Shown here: positions 8,473 through 18,828 of the stretch, piece after piece
How the letters are laid out: each line of letters starts with the position of its first letter
How positions within the stretch are numbered: position 1 is the first letter of the stretch
From: an uncultured bacterium
GTDB taxonomy: Bacteria > Krumholzibacteriota > Krumholzibacteriia > Krumholzibacteriales > Krumholzibacteriaceae
Assembly: GCA_965371515.1 (NCBI GenBank)
Contig: CBDUYR010000002.1
Coordinates: 32,001 to 96,000 of the forward strand
Reading direction: 5' to 3'
Length of the DNA: 64,000 bases
Notes under the pieces: model-generated
Seen by the model: only the letters and a program-made list of their open reading frames with translations
Database searches by the model: none
What the model was told of the DNA's origin: nothing
Position numbers and translations under genes: made by a program

Positions 8473-9507
8473 CTACCATCCCGTTACCCTGCCGAGACCA
8501 TCCGCGACATCGTCGACAGTGATCTTCTCGAGACATTTCATGTCTTCGCACTCGTGGAGATGGCAAGGTGCGCACTCCTCGTTCCTCGTGATCACTTCGT
8601 AAGGTCCCATACCGGAATACGGGAACCAGATATCGGGCTCTGTCGGCCCGAAAATCCCGACCGTCGGGACGCCCAGCGCAACACCGGTGTGCATCACACC
8701 TCCGTCATTCGAAACGAGAGCATCGCAGACAGCGATCGCTGCGGCGGCCTTCCTTATCGGCATTGGAGGAATGGCGCAGGCCAGGCCTGCCGACTCCGAG
8801 ACGACCTGCTCCGATAAAGGCTCCTCGCCCGGGCCCGTGATGAGGAGCGATCTTGAGTCGAACCTCTCCATGACCACCCTTGCAAGTTCGGCGAACGAGG
8901 ATGCCGGCCAGCGTTTCGAGGACCAGGTGCCCCCCGCGTGAAAAGCAACGGTTCTGTCCGGAGCTCCTCCGCCGAAGGCCGAAACAACGGCCGATCTGCC
9001 CGACGCCAGTTCGTCTCCTTTCAGATAAACGCGTGGCCTTCTCTCGGATGCTGCGCATCCGAGTATTTCGAGGGAGGCAAGATGGTGGCCTATCGCGCTT
9101 CTGATACTGCTGTCCGGTTCAAAGATATCGGTGTAGAGCCGCCTTCTCCACCTCCGCCCTCCGCCGATCCTGACCGGGATACCGGAGAGTCTCAGAATAT
9201 TGGCGCTGCGCGGATTATAGAACAGATCGACGGCTGCCGTGAACCCGATCTTCCTGATCTTCCTGATCGTCGAGAGCATCGACGCGGCCCCCTTCCCCAC
9301 CTCGAGCAGACCCGATAGGCCGGGGTGGTTCTCGAGTATCGAGGAATATGGAGGCTCGGCCATGTACCAGATCTCCGCACCGGGGAAACATTCCCCGAGA
9401 GCATCGATCACCGGTGTGGTGAGGATCACGTCGCCGAGGTACCGCAGCCTCGTAACGAGGATCCTGACCGGGCCGTCCCTTCTAACGAAGATCGCGGCAG
9501 GATCCAA
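8473..9507 (-). CDS. GT9 ADP-heptose:LPS heptosyltransferase-family protein
   Basis: RLRYLGDVILTTP, KRWP, NDGGVMHTGVALGVPTVGIFGPT. Confidence 0.9.
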   Translation of the reverse strand: MDPAAIFVRRDGPVRILVTRLRYLGDVILTTPVIDALGECFPGAEIWYMAEPPYSSILENHPGLSGLLEVGKGAASMLSTIRKIRKIGFTAAVDLFYNPRSANILRLSGIPVRIGGGRRWRRRLYTDIFEPDSSIRSAIGHHLASLEILGCAASERRPRVYLKGDELASGRSAVVSAFGGGAPDRTVAFHAGGTWSSKRWPASSFAELARVVMERFDSRSLLITGPGEEPLSEQVVSESAGLACAIPPMPIRKAAAAIAVCDALVSNDGGVMHTGVALGVPTVGIFGPTEPDIWFPYSGMGPYEVITRNEECAPCHLHECEDMKCLEKITVDDVADGLGRVTGW

Positions 9508-9508
9508 T

Positions 9509-9988
9509 CTATTCCTCCCGCCTCAGCCGCGCGATGATCCCCCGGCTCGACCGATCCTTCTGATCGCCGGTTATGACCGTGACGCAGCCGATCTCCCCGG
9601 CCGTCTCTATCTCGGGTACCGTCTCCACGGTGTAGTCCGTTCCCTTTGCGTGAACGTCGGGCCTGAGCTCTCTCAGCACACCGTCAACTGTATCCTCACC
9701 GAAGATCAGCACGTAATCGACGAATCGCATTGCCGAGAGTATCTCAGCTCTCTCGGCGGCCTTCATGACCGGCCTGCCCTCGCCCTTGAGGCGCCTCGTG
9801 GAATCGTCGTTGTTCACCGCCACCACGAGAACATCTCCGTGGGCCGCCGCTTCCTCGAGGTATCTCACATGACCGACGTGGATGATATCGAAACAGCCGT
9901 TGGCCAGAACCACCATCCCGCCCCCCGAGCGTATCTTCTCGAGGATCCCGGCCAGCCGGCCGGAGTCGTTGAATATGACTTCTTTCAT
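9509..9988 (-). CDS. rfaE2: D-glycero-D-manno-heptose 1-phosphate adenylyltransferase (stand-alone RfaE domain II / HldC)
   Basis: ANGCFDIIHVGHVRYL, KGEGRP, KGTDY. Confidence 0.88.
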   Translation of the reverse strand: MKEVIFNDSGRLAGILEKIRSGGGMVVLANGCFDIIHVGHVRYLEEAAAHGDVLVVAVNNDDSTRRLKGEGRPVMKAAERAEILSAMRFVDYVLIFGEDTVDGVLRELRPDVHAKGTDYTVETVPEIETAGEIGCVTVITGDQKDRSSRGIIARLRREE

Positions 9989-10992
9989 TCCGGCATCCTC
10001 CCTCCGCCGTCCAGGAGTGCGGCGAACTGCTCCGTCATCCTATCACAGACTTTTTCCCAGGTAAAATCCAGTATGCCCCTCGCACCTTCCAGCCCCATCC
10101 TCCTGCCCGCCTCCCTGTCGCGGTAAAGTCTCCTGAGCGCCTTTCCAATCGAGACCTGGTTTCTCTCCTTTACGACCAGTGCCGTGCGGCCGTTCACAGC
10201 AAAGTCGGTGGTGCCGCTCTTCGTGCAGACCAGAGGGAGCCCGCAGGCCGCCGCCTCCGCACTTGTATTGCTCCAGCCTGCCTTGCGCTCCGCAGATACG
10301 AACACGTCGGCGGATGTATACATGGCCGCCATCCTCTCCTGCGGCAGATCGATATAGAACCGGAACGGCAGCCCGGGATCGAATCCCGTCCGCGGATCGG
10401 TCGATCCGGGCGTCATGCTGTCGAAGAGGATCAGTTCAACGTCGTATCCCCTGCGATACATCGATTCGGCGGCTTTTATCATAAACCTCGTCCCTTTTCT
10501 CGGCCTCGAAAGCCGTCCATAGCTCATCACGCGGAACGGCCCTCCATTTACACTCCCCTCCCCCGTCAGAGGATGGAACAGGGCAGGATTGACGCCTCCC
10601 CGCCCATCGAGCACCTTCAACCGGTATTTTTTCCGCATCCTCTCCATAAGGCCCTTCGAGTTCGCCATAAGGAGGATGTCTCCCCCCGTGGCGATCTCGC
10701 TCTCACGCACCACTTTCTGGGTCTGAAGGTAGAATATCCTGATTCCGGCGGGGAGTTCCCTGAGCGTCTCCAGGTACTCCGGCGAGCCGGTGATCACGAC
10801 ATCGTGATCACTGCCGCCCGCATCGGAAAGTTTCCTGCACTCGCCCTTCAATTCGATCCAGTCGGGAAACTCGCCGTCGGGGGTATATATGATGAATTCG
10901 TGCCCGCGCGATGTGAATGCGGCCGACAGCTCGACGTACCGCCTTACTCCGCCGAAGAGATATGTATGCGGCAGGATCGCTCCTATCCTCAA
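9985..10992 (-). CDS. Glycosyltransferase family 4
   Basis: FGGVRR, RKG, ADVFVSAERKAGWSNTSAEAAACGLP. Confidence 0.85.
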   Translation of the reverse strand: MRIGAILPHTYLFGGVRRYVELSAAFTSRGHEFIIYTPDGEFPDWIELKGECRKLSDAGGSDHDVVITGSPEYLETLRELPAGIRIFYLQTQKVVRESEIATGGDILLMANSKGLMERMRKKYRLKVLDGRGGVNPALFHPLTGEGSVNGGPFRVMSYGRLSRPRKGTRFMIKAAESMYRRGYDVELILFDSMTPGSTDPRTGFDPGLPFRFYIDLPQERMAAMYTSADVFVSAERKAGWSNTSAEAAACGLPLVCTKSGTTDFAVNGRTALVVKERNQVSIGKALRRLYRDREAGRRMGLEGARGILDFTWEKVCDRMTEQFAALLDGGGRMPE

Positions 10993-12029
10993 CTGCCGCC
11001 TCCCCCTTTTTCTTCCATCATTGAATCGAGACTCGACAGGATCTCCTCCTGCCTCGTGACCGCAGTGCCTCTTTTCATTACCACGATCGACGCGGCCACG
11101 TTCGCCGCCAGCATCGCCTCCGTCATACCGGCACCGGCGGCGAGAGTCAGGGCGATCGCCGAAACGACGGTATCCCCCGCCCCCGTAACATCGGTCGCCT
11201 CCGGGCTTCCGACCACTCCTACCTTCAGGGTCTTTCTGCGCGGGCGGAACAGGGCCATGCCGAGCCTGCCCCTGGTAATAAGGAGAGAATCGGATCGCAG
11301 CATCCGCATCAGCTTTCTTCCCGTCTTTTCCAGTGCTTCTTCGGAACCGGGCTCTATCCCCGCGGCTTCGGCCGCTTCTACCTCGTTCGGCGTCGCGGTG
11401 GTGATCCCCCTTAACCTTTGGAGACCGAACCGGGAATCGGCGATCACGGGGATACCGGAAACGGAAGCCATTTCGATAACCGCCGGCGCCACACCACCAG
11501 TGAGCACTCCCTGTCCGTAATCACTCAGTATCACGGCCCCGCACCGGGGAAGGCGACTCTCTATCGCACGGAGGAGCCTCTTCTCGACGGAAGGAGTGAG
11601 CTCAGAGCGGCTCTCCCTGTCGATCCTTACGATCTGCTGCCGCTGCGCGTGAAAATCCCCGGCGAGGACCCTCGTCTTCGATGTCGTCATTCGTCCCGCT
11701 GACGCTATGATCCCGCCGGTATCGACACCTGACGAACGCAGCATCTCGCCGAGCCTGTCCGCTGCATCGTCCCTCCCGGTCACTCCGGCCGCGACGGCTC
11801 GTCCACCGAGAGAGGCGATATTTGTCGCCGCGTTTGCCGCACCACCGGGGCTCCAGGAGCTCTCGTCATACCTGACTATGACCACGGGGGCCTCTCTCGA
11901 TACCCTGTCGGTCATACCGTAGAGATATTCGTCGAGGATCATGTCACCCACGACGAGGACCTTCCTTCCTTTCCAGGAAAGGACCGTTTCCCTCACTCCG
12001 GAGTAATCTTCGATCGGTGTCCTGTTCAC
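10989..12029 (-). CDS. rfaE1: D-glycero-D-manno-heptose-7-phosphate kinase (stand-alone RfaE domain I / HldA, PfkB family)
   Basis: VGDMILDEY, RVSREAPV, PGGAANAA, LSDYGQG, TPNEVEA, DVTGAGDTV. Confidence 0.92.
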   Translation of the reverse strand: MNRTPIEDYSGVRETVLSWKGRKVLVVGDMILDEYLYGMTDRVSREAPVVIVRYDESSWSPGGAANAATNIASLGGRAVAAGVTGRDDAADRLGEMLRSSGVDTGGIIASAGRMTTSKTRVLAGDFHAQRQQIVRIDRESRSELTPSVEKRLLRAIESRLPRCGAVILSDYGQGVLTGGVAPAVIEMASVSGIPVIADSRFGLQRLRGITTATPNEVEAAEAAGIEPGSEEALEKTGRKLMRMLRSDSLLITRGRLGMALFRPRRKTLKVGVVGSPEATDVTGAGDTVVSAIALTLAAGAGMTEAMLAANVAASIVVMKRGTAVTRQEEILSSLDSMMEEKGGGGS

Positions 12030-13078
12030 TCTTTACTCTCCCTCATGATTTCCATGGCCGCATCGAAAACATCGTCGGCACCTATATCCTGCAGGCAGTG
12101 CGTATCACCCTCGGGGCATTCCTTCCTGAAGCATGGAGAGCATTCAGCGCGGGACGTCACGATCCTCGAGCTCTGCCCGCGCGGAGAGGTCCATTCCGGA
12201 CTGGTCGACCCGAAGATCGAAACTGTGGGGATACCCATCGCAGCCGAGATATGGACAGGCCCGCTGTCGTTTCCGACAACCAGGTCCGCTCCCCTCAGAA
12301 TCGACATGAGGTCACCGATACCCGATCTGCCCGCGAGGTTGAGCGCACCATCGTCAGCTTCGGTGATACCACCCAGGTACTCCCTCTCCCGTTCAGAGCC
12401 GACAGTTACCGTCCTGAGACCCTTCTGCTCTCTCAACCTCCCTGCCAGAGCGGCAAACCTCTCCCGCGGCCACACCTTGGCCGGCCCGTAAGTAGCGCCG
12501 GCAGCAAATACTGCGTAGCCGCCCTCCAGTCCATACGCGGTGACCCGCTCCTTCCAGTCGTACGGCGGCACGACACAGGGTCCGGGGAGCGTTTCCGTTC
12601 CCGAACCGCTGTACAGCCCGGCGAACCGGGCGTATTCCTCCGCAAGATGGATTTTTCTGTGGAGATCGACCGACACCGGATCTGTCAACAGCCAGTCTCT
12701 TCCTCCGTTCCGGTTGCCGATCCTTCTCCTGCTCCCTCCGAAAAAGACGGCAAGAGCCGCCGAGAACGACATCGGAAGCACGAATGCTGCATCCCATCCG
12801 TGATCCGGGCGCTGCTCGCGTAGAGCAAGGATCGAGCTACTCACCCCCCATTTCTTCCTGTAGGTGATCAGTCTGTCGAGAAACGCGCATCTCCTCAACA
12901 GTTCCGATACATACTCCCTGCAGAGGACCGTTATGAAATCATCGGGATTCTCTTTCCTCAGCAGGGAGAGGAACGGCGTCGCCATCACCACGTCGCCGAT
13001 CCAGTTCGGAGCGAGTACGAGGAGTTCCTTACGCCCTGATCTGCAGGCTGTAGAGTTTCCGGTAGATCCCTTCCTCAC
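12026..13078 (-). CDS. waaF: LPS heptosyltransferase II (GT9)
   Basis: PNWIGDVVMATP, GATYGPAKVWP, NDSGPVH; GTG start with AGGAG 7 nt upstream. Confidence 0.85.
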   Translation of the reverse strand: MRKGSTGNSTACRSGRKELLVLAPNWIGDVVMATPFLSLLRKENPDDFITVLCREYVSELLRRCAFLDRLITYRKKWGVSSSILALREQRPDHGWDAAFVLPMSFSAALAVFFGGSRRRIGNRNGGRDWLLTDPVSVDLHRKIHLAEEYARFAGLYSGSGTETLPGPCVVPPYDWKERVTAYGLEGGYAVFAAGATYGPAKVWPRERFAALAGRLREQKGLRTVTVGSEREREYLGGITEADDGALNLAGRSGIGDLMSILRGADLVVGNDSGPVHISAAMGIPTVSIFGSTSPEWTSPRGQSSRIVTSRAECSPCFRKECPEGDTHCLQDIGADDVFDAAMEIMRESKE

Positions 13079-14885
13079 CGATCAACTCCTCATGTGTGCC
13101 GATCTGCCTTATCCTGCCGCCATCGAGGACGACGATCCGGTCGGCGTTCTTGATCGTCGACAGCCTGTGAGCGATAACGAGGGTCGTCCTGCCGCGCACG
13201 AGCCTGTCGATAGCCTCCTGGACCAGCGCCTCGCTTTCCACGTCGAGAGAGCTGGTGGCTTCGTCGAGTATCAGTATCTGCGGGTTTTTCAGGAGAGCAC
13301 GCGCGATAGCGAGTCGCTGTCTCTGCCCACCTGAGAGCTGGACTCCCCTGTCACCTATCACCGTGTCGTAGCCATGCGTCATCGCCTCTATGAACTCGTC
13401 CGCGTTGGCCGCCCGGGCGGCAGTGACAACGTCCTCGAGTGGACAGTCGGACATCCCGTACGCGATATTATTGAAGACCGTGTCGTTGAAGAGTATCGTC
13501 TCCTGCGTAACGATACCCATAAGGGCCCGAAGAGACGATATCCTTATGCAGGATATATCCCTTCCATCGATCATTATCCTGCCCGACCCGGGCTCGTAGA
13601 AACGCGGGAGCAGGTCGGCCAGTGTAGATTTCCCTGCGCCGCTCGCTCCTACCAGTGCTACGACCTCACCCCTGCCTACCTTCATGTCGACGTCGACGAG
13701 TACGGGTGTCTCTCCATCGTAGCTGAACCCTACATCCTCGTAACTGATCCCCTCACGGATCGCGTCGATCTCCTCGTCGCCCGCGAGCTCCTCCTCGGTC
13801 TTTATGTCGAGGATATCGAAGATCCTCTGCGCGCAGACGATTCCCTCCTGTACTACGTTGTTGAGCTTGCTGAGGTTCTTGATCGGGTTCACGACCCAGA
13901 GCATCGCACCTATGAACATCATGAGGCTGGCCGGTTCGAGCTGTTGCGAGATGACCAGTCTGCCGCCGTACCAGAGAATTACAACGCTCGCCATTATACC
14001 GAGTGTTTCGCTCGTCGGAGACGCCAGCTCGGCGAATTTTCTCATCTTGATGTACTCTCCGAGGTACCGGCGGTTGAAATCGCCGAACTTCATCTTCTCG
14101 AACCGCTCCATCCCGAATGCCTTCACTACCCGGACCCCCGATATCGTTTCCTGCAGGACGGAGGTCATGTCTGCCATCCTATCCTGCGCCCTCATGCTGC
14201 CCTTCCTGAGCTTCCTGCTTATGATGGCGATGAGGATGATATTGAGGGGAACGAGCATGAGCGTCAGAAGAGAGAGCTGCCAGGATGTGTAGAAGATTAT
14301 CGAAACGGCTATGACCGTCATCAGACCGTTACGTATTATGCTGGCAAGCCCGCCGACGACCGCTCCGCGCAGGTTGGTAACATCGTTCGTGATCCTCGAG
14401 ATGAGATGGCCCGTCCTCTGCTGGTCGAAAAACGCCATCGGGAGCATCTGTATCTTGCCATACAGCTCATCCCTTATCGACTTGAGTATCGACTGCTCGA
14501 GAAAGACTGTCAGGTACGTCCCGAAATATCCGAAGATGTTCTTTACTACCATCAGCGCGAAGAATATCAGGCAGAATCTCGCGAGGCGCTCCGTCGGAGT
14601 GCCCTGGTACATTATCCGTGTGACCTGACTCCGCACGCCGTCCATCTGCGACTCGATCCCTTCCGGTATAAGCGGCGAGCCATGGTCCCCTTCATCTCTC
14701 TCTTCGACAGGCGTGGGCTCCGTCGAGAAGACTATATTGAGGAATGGAGGGATCAGTGTAAGCGATATACCGCTTAACGCGGCGAATATCGTCGTGCATA
14801 TGAAGAGGATCACTACCTTCTTCCACCATGGCCGGAGATAGCCAAGTAGTCTGGTATATGTGCGTCCAGGGCTCTGGCCGTTCAT
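13029..14885 (-). CDS. msbA: Lipid A-core flippase, MsbA-type ABC transporter
   Basis: TM domain plus NBD ([27 protein letters not shown]), inside an LPS operon. Confidence 0.82.
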   Translation of the reverse strand: MNGQSPGRTYTRLLGYLRPWWKKVVILFICTTIFAALSGISLTLIPPFLNIVFSTEPTPVEERDEGDHGSPLIPEGIESQMDGVRSQVTRIMYQGTPTERLARFCLIFFALMVVKNIFGYFGTYLTVFLEQSILKSIRDELYGKIQMLPMAFFDQQRTGHLISRITNDVTNLRGAVVGGLASIIRNGLMTVIAVSIIFYTSWQLSLLTLMLVPLNIILIAIISRKLRKGSMRAQDRMADMTSVLQETISGVRVVKAFGMERFEKMKFGDFNRRYLGEYIKMRKFAELASPTSETLGIMASVVILWYGGRLVISQQLEPASLMMFIGAMLWVVNPIKNLSKLNNVVQEGIVCAQRIFDILDIKTEEELAGDEEIDAIREGISYEDVGFSYDGETPVLVDVDMKVGRGEVVALVGASGAGKSTLADLLPRFYEPGSGRIMIDGRDISCIRISSLRALMGIVTQETILFNDTVFNNIAYGMSDCPLEDVVTAARAANADEFIEAMTHGYDTVIGDRGVQLSGGQRQRLAIARALLKNPQILILDEATSSLDVESEALVQEAIDRLVRGRTTLVIAHRLSTIKNADRIVVLDGGRIRQIGTHEELIGEEGIYRKLYSLQIRA

Positions 14886-14906
14886 CGCTTGGTCTCCACG
14901 CTGTTA

Positions 14907-15998
14907 CTAGACGGTTATCTCCTCGCCCGTCGCGAGGACCTCTTCGACCTTGCCGAAGAAGCTCTTGAGCGAGAGTTTTTCTCCCTTGGTCCCCTTGAAG
15001 ATCTTGACATTAGGCATGTTCTCCGGGATCCAGGACTTTCCGTCATATTTCGTGAACAGTCCTATCGTCGGGACCTTCATCGCGGAAGCAAAATGGAAGA
15101 GGTTCGTATTTCCGGAGATGAAAAGATCGCACTGTGACAAAAGAGCAAGATTCTCGGCGGCGTTCGTCGGGACCAGGTCGATGACCTCGCCCTTCAGTTC
15201 TCCCGAGATCTTCTGCACGAGCTTCTCGTCCCAGGGTTCGGTCAGCACGAGAAACTTGACCCTCATGCGCCCGGCGAGGTTGTTGGCCAGATAGGCGATT
15301 ATCTCGGGGATGACCCGGTGCCTGCTCTTGCTCCTGCCAGGATCGATCCCGACCGTGATAACGCCCTTCTCCGGCTTTCTGAAATGAATCAGCTGCCTTG
15401 CGTGATTCAGGTCGGCCTGAGGCAGGATGATATCCCTCTGCACTCCTCCGGTAGGAAGCCCGAGGGACTCTATCAGCCTGACCATCCTCTCACCCTCGTA
15501 TCCCCGGGATGATATCCTCACCTCGAGGTTGATGAAGGGAAAGGCCAGCTGATGGTGAAATCCTATCCTCATCGGCGCACCCGACGCGAAGGCGAGAGTG
15601 TGCCTCTCCATCGAGATGCCTCTGCTCAACATTATCACCGTGTCGATGTGCTGCTGGCGGAGCTTGCGGATGAGGGCGTAGTAGTCGGCTGTGAAAAATC
15701 TCAGCTGTTTTCTGTTGTACGTCAGTATCGAATGGACCCTGAATATGCTCCTGGCAATGTCGGAATCGTCCGCGTTGACGAGCAGGGTCGTCCTTATTCC
15801 CGGGAAACGCTCGTGGAACCAGTTAGCAACTGGAGCGGCAAAGAGCAGGTCGGTCGCGTCACCGGAGTCTATGAACAGCATCCTTGTGGATCCGGTGATC
15901 CCCGCTGGAAGAGCGAAAGGTTCCTCCTTTCCCGTACGCTTGAGGAAATACGAGACCATCTTCGGCACAATATGTTTTTCGCCGCTATCTCTTCGCAT
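14907..15998 (-). CDS. Divergent GT9-family glycosyltransferase
   Basis: DLLFAAP...; CDLFISGNTNLFHFASAMKVPTIGLF resembles the GT9 C-terminal motif. Confidence 0.7.
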   Translation of the reverse strand: MRRDSGEKHIVPKMVSYFLKRTGKEEPFALPAGITGSTRMLFIDSGDATDLLFAAPVANWFHERFPGIRTTLLVNADDSDIARSIFRVHSILTYNRKQLRFFTADYYALIRKLRQQHIDTVIMLSRGISMERHTLAFASGAPMRIGFHHQLAFPFINLEVRISSRGYEGERMVRLIESLGLPTGGVQRDIILPQADLNHARQLIHFRKPEKGVITVGIDPGRSKSRHRVIPEIIAYLANNLAGRMRVKFLVLTEPWDEKLVQKISGELKGEVIDLVPTNAAENLALLSQCDLFISGNTNLFHFASAMKVPTIGLFTKYDGKSWIPENMPNVKIFKGTKGEKLSLKSFFGKVEEVLATGEEITV

Positions 15999-18375
15999 TT
16001 CTTCTCCCGGCCTTTCTTGAGGATCCCTTCCCGCCGTCTCCGGCGAGCGCTATAGCTATCCCCTTGTCGACGGTATCGATGAAATCGAACCTAATTTCCT
16101 TCCTGATCCCGGCAGGAATATCGTCCAGGTCCTTCATATTCGATGTGGGAAGTATCACTTCCCTGATCCCCGCCCTGTGGGCGGCGATCACCTTGTCCCT
16201 GATCGCTCCTACGGGCAGCACCTTTCCGGTCAGCGTGATCTCGCCCGTCATCGCGACGTCGTTTCTGATCTTTCTTCCCGTTGCGAGTGAGGCGAGCGAG
16301 ACCGCTATCGCGATACCCGCGCTAGGGCCATCCTTGGGAACCGCCCCGGACGGAATATGCAGGTGAAAATCAGAGTTTTCAAAGAATTTCTCGTCCTTCA
16401 TCTCCTCTTCGAGGTTTGCGCGGACATAGCTCATAGCCGCCTGGGCCGATTCCTTCATGACGTCGCCGAGTTGTCCGGTCAGCCTGACGGACCCTCCACC
16501 CTTCATGCCGAGGGCCTCTACGAAGAGTATGACTCCTCCGGCGGCGGTTTTCGCCATGCCGGTCGCAACGCCTTTCTCGGGCCGCGGGAGCATCTGCTGA
16601 TCCGGATAATCGGCCGCGCCCAGCCAGGCCTCGAGATTCCTCGAAGAAACCTTCCACGGCCCCTTTCCACCTTCGACCAGTTTTTTCGCCGCCCTTCTCA
16701 TCACGGTGGAGATCTTCCTCTCGAGGTTGCGGACACCGGCTTCCCCCGTGTACCTCTCGATTATCATCCGCAACGCGTCATCAGTGATGCCGAACTTTCC
16801 CGATGGAACTCCGTTCTCCTCGAGCTGCCTCGGAAAGAGATACTTCCTCGCTATCTTGATCTTCTCGGCGGTAATGTACCCGGACAGTTCGATCACTTCC
16901 ATCCTGTCGAGCAGGGCCGGCGGAATCGTATCGCGGATGTTGGCCGTCGCTATAAAGATCACCGAGGAGAGATCGAAAGGAATGTTGACATAGTTGTCTT
17001 CAAACGAATTGTTCTGCTGCGGATCGAGGACCTCGAGAAAGGCCGAGGCCGGATCGCCCCTGAAGTCCTTCCCGAGCTTGTCGATCTCGTCGAGCATGAA
17101 AACGGGGTTGTTGCTCCCCGCGTTCCTGATACCCTGGACTATCCTCCCGGGCAGAGCGCCTACATACGTCCTCCGATGCCCCCTTATTTCAGCCTCGTCC
17201 CTTATGCCGCCAAGCGAGATCCGCACGAACTTTCTTCCCATCGCAGAGGCGATGCTCATGCCCAGAGACGTCTTTCCCACCCCGGGCGGGCCGGTGAAGC
17301 AGAGGATCGAGCCCTTCGAGTCCCTCTTCAGCTTTCTCACTGACAGGTACTCAAGGATCCTCTCCTTGACCTGCTCGAGATCGTAATGGTCCCTGTTCAG
17401 GATGCGTCTGGCCTTCCCGATGTCGTGGGAATCCTTCGTCGATTCCATCCATGGAAGCTCGAGAATCCAGTCGAGATAGGTCCGCGCCACTGTATATTCC
17501 GCCGAGCCGGAAAACATCCTCGAAAGCCTCGACCATTCCCTTTCCGCCGCGGTACGAGCCGCCTCGGGCATATCTTTCGAATCGATCCTCACTCTCAGTT
17601 CGTCGAGCTCGACCGATGAGTCCTCCTCTCCGAGCTCCTTCTGTATGACCTTTATCTGCTGGCGCAGATAGTATTCGCGCTGCTCTCTGTCCATCTCGTG
17701 CCGGACATCCTGCCTGATCTTTTCGCCCATGCGGGCTATCTCGAGCTCGCTGTTCAGCAGGCCGTACACATGATGGAGCCGTTTGACGGGATCGAGCATC
17801 TCAAGCGCGATCTGTTTCTCCTCTATGCCGGTGTTGACGTTCGCCGCCACGAGATCTGCCAGTCTTCCCGGCTCCCTCACGCCTGCGATAATTCCCTTGA
17901 GCTCGTCGGGATAACTCTCCGAGACGTCCACGAGCCTGGAAAAGGCGTTTACTACATTAAGCATCATCGCCCGGGATTTCCTCCTGCCATCTTCCCTCTC
18001 CTCGAGAGGAGAAACGATCGCCCTCATCATCGGCGGATCGTCCGTGAAATTCCGCACTTCTATACGGGTCAGTCCCTGGCCTATGATCCTGATATGTCCA
18101 TCGGGAAATCTCGCCATCTTCTGGATCAGCATCGCGCATCCGGTATGGTATATGGCGTCAGGCCCGGGCGAGGGCTCCGACGGGTCCTTCTGAGTAAAAA
18201 CGCCTATGATCTTGATCTCTCCGAGGGCCTCGTCGATGAGACTGATCAGGTTCTCGTCCGTGAGGATCAGGGGAACGAGCATGTACGGAAAGACTACGCC
18301 GTCGTTTATCGGTATGACGGCGAGTTCTTCGGGTATGTCCCCGACCGGATCGTGTTCTATCACTGATTCGTTCAA
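15985..18375 (-). CDS. lon: ATP-dependent Lon protease
   Basis: LON N-domain (VVFPYM), DHYDLEQVKERILEYL, GPPGVGKTS, catalytic PKDGPSAG and Lys. Start placed at TTG 18375 (GAGGT upstream); the ORF-track extension overlaps hsp20. Confidence 0.96.
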   Translation of the reverse strand: MNESVIEHDPVGDIPEELAVIPINDGVVFPYMLVPLILTDENLISLIDEALGEIKIIGVFTQKDPSEPSPGPDAIYHTGCAMLIQKMARFPDGHIRIIGQGLTRIEVRNFTDDPPMMRAIVSPLEEREDGRRKSRAMMLNVVNAFSRLVDVSESYPDELKGIIAGVREPGRLADLVAANVNTGIEEKQIALEMLDPVKRLHHVYGLLNSELEIARMGEKIRQDVRHEMDREQREYYLRQQIKVIQKELGEEDSSVELDELRVRIDSKDMPEAARTAAEREWSRLSRMFSGSAEYTVARTYLDWILELPWMESTKDSHDIGKARRILNRDHYDLEQVKERILEYLSVRKLKRDSKGSILCFTGPPGVGKTSLGMSIASAMGRKFVRISLGGIRDEAEIRGHRRTYVGALPGRIVQGIRNAGSNNPVFMLDEIDKLGKDFRGDPASAFLEVLDPQQNNSFEDNYVNIPFDLSSVIFIATANIRDTIPPALLDRMEVIELSGYITAEKIKIARKYLFPRQLEENGVPSGKFGITDDALRMIIERYTGEAGVRNLERKISTVMRRAAKKLVEGGKGPWKVSSRNLEAWLGAADYPDQQMLPRPEKGVATGMAKTAAGGVILFVEALGMKGGGSVRLTGQLGDVMKESAQAAMSYVRANLEEEMKDEKFFENSDFHLHIPSGAVPKDGPSAGIAIAVSLASLATGRKIRNDVAMTGEITLTGKVLPVGAIRDKVIAAHRAGIREVILPTSNMKDLDDIPAGIRKEIRFDFIDTVDKGIAIALAGDGGKGSSRKAGRRNAKR

Positions 18376-18386
18376 TTCCGTGACCT

Positions 18387-18776
18387 CTACTCTATCTCTA
18401 CCTTTCGGGCACGGCTGGAGGGATCGGTTCTTGCGATCCTGACCTCCAGCATGCCGCGATCGTAACGCGCAGTTGTCTTTTCGTGATCTACGGGAACCGG
18501 CAGGTCGATCTCCCTTGCGAACCTTCCTATCTGTATTTCTATCTGCTGGTACTGCTTCCTTCCATCGCAGCACGAGCTTCCCCTGACGCCGCCTATCCTC
18601 AGTTTGCTGCCGTCCGTCACGATGTTGATCGTATCGCTGTCCATGCCGGCGATATCGACGATCACGATCACCTCTTCCATGGTAACGATAACGTCCGTCG
18701 GCGGTTCCCAGGAAAGATCGGAGGGATACTTCATCCGGGCCTTCCCTGAACTTCGGCTTTCACGGTCGTTTCTCAT
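18387..18776 (-). CDS. Hsp20/alpha-crystallin small heat-shock protein
   Basis: WEPPTDV, VDIAGM, GRFAREIDLP, ARYDRGMLEVRI. Confidence 0.88.
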   Translation of the reverse strand: MRNDRESRSSGKARMKYPSDLSWEPPTDVIVTMEEVIVIVDIAGMDSDTINIVTDGSKLRIGGVRGSSCCDGRKQYQQIEIQIGRFAREIDLPVPVDHEKTTARYDRGMLEVRIARTDPSSRARKVEIE

Positions 18777-18828
18777 TGAAGGGCTTTACCTTTCGTCTTC
18801 CGGACGTTCGGTTCTCCAGATGAAGTCG

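Noticed and set aside
13029..13078. 50-nt msbA/waaF overlap as a possible assembly error
   Set aside because: GTG 13078 has a well-spaced AGGAG SD and both frames are intact.
13374..14777. 467-aa plus-strand ORF
   Set aside because: Antisense shadow of msbA.
18376..18573. N-terminal extension of Lon in the ORF track
   Set aside because: Overlaps hsp20 in another frame; the LON domain starts after about 18375.
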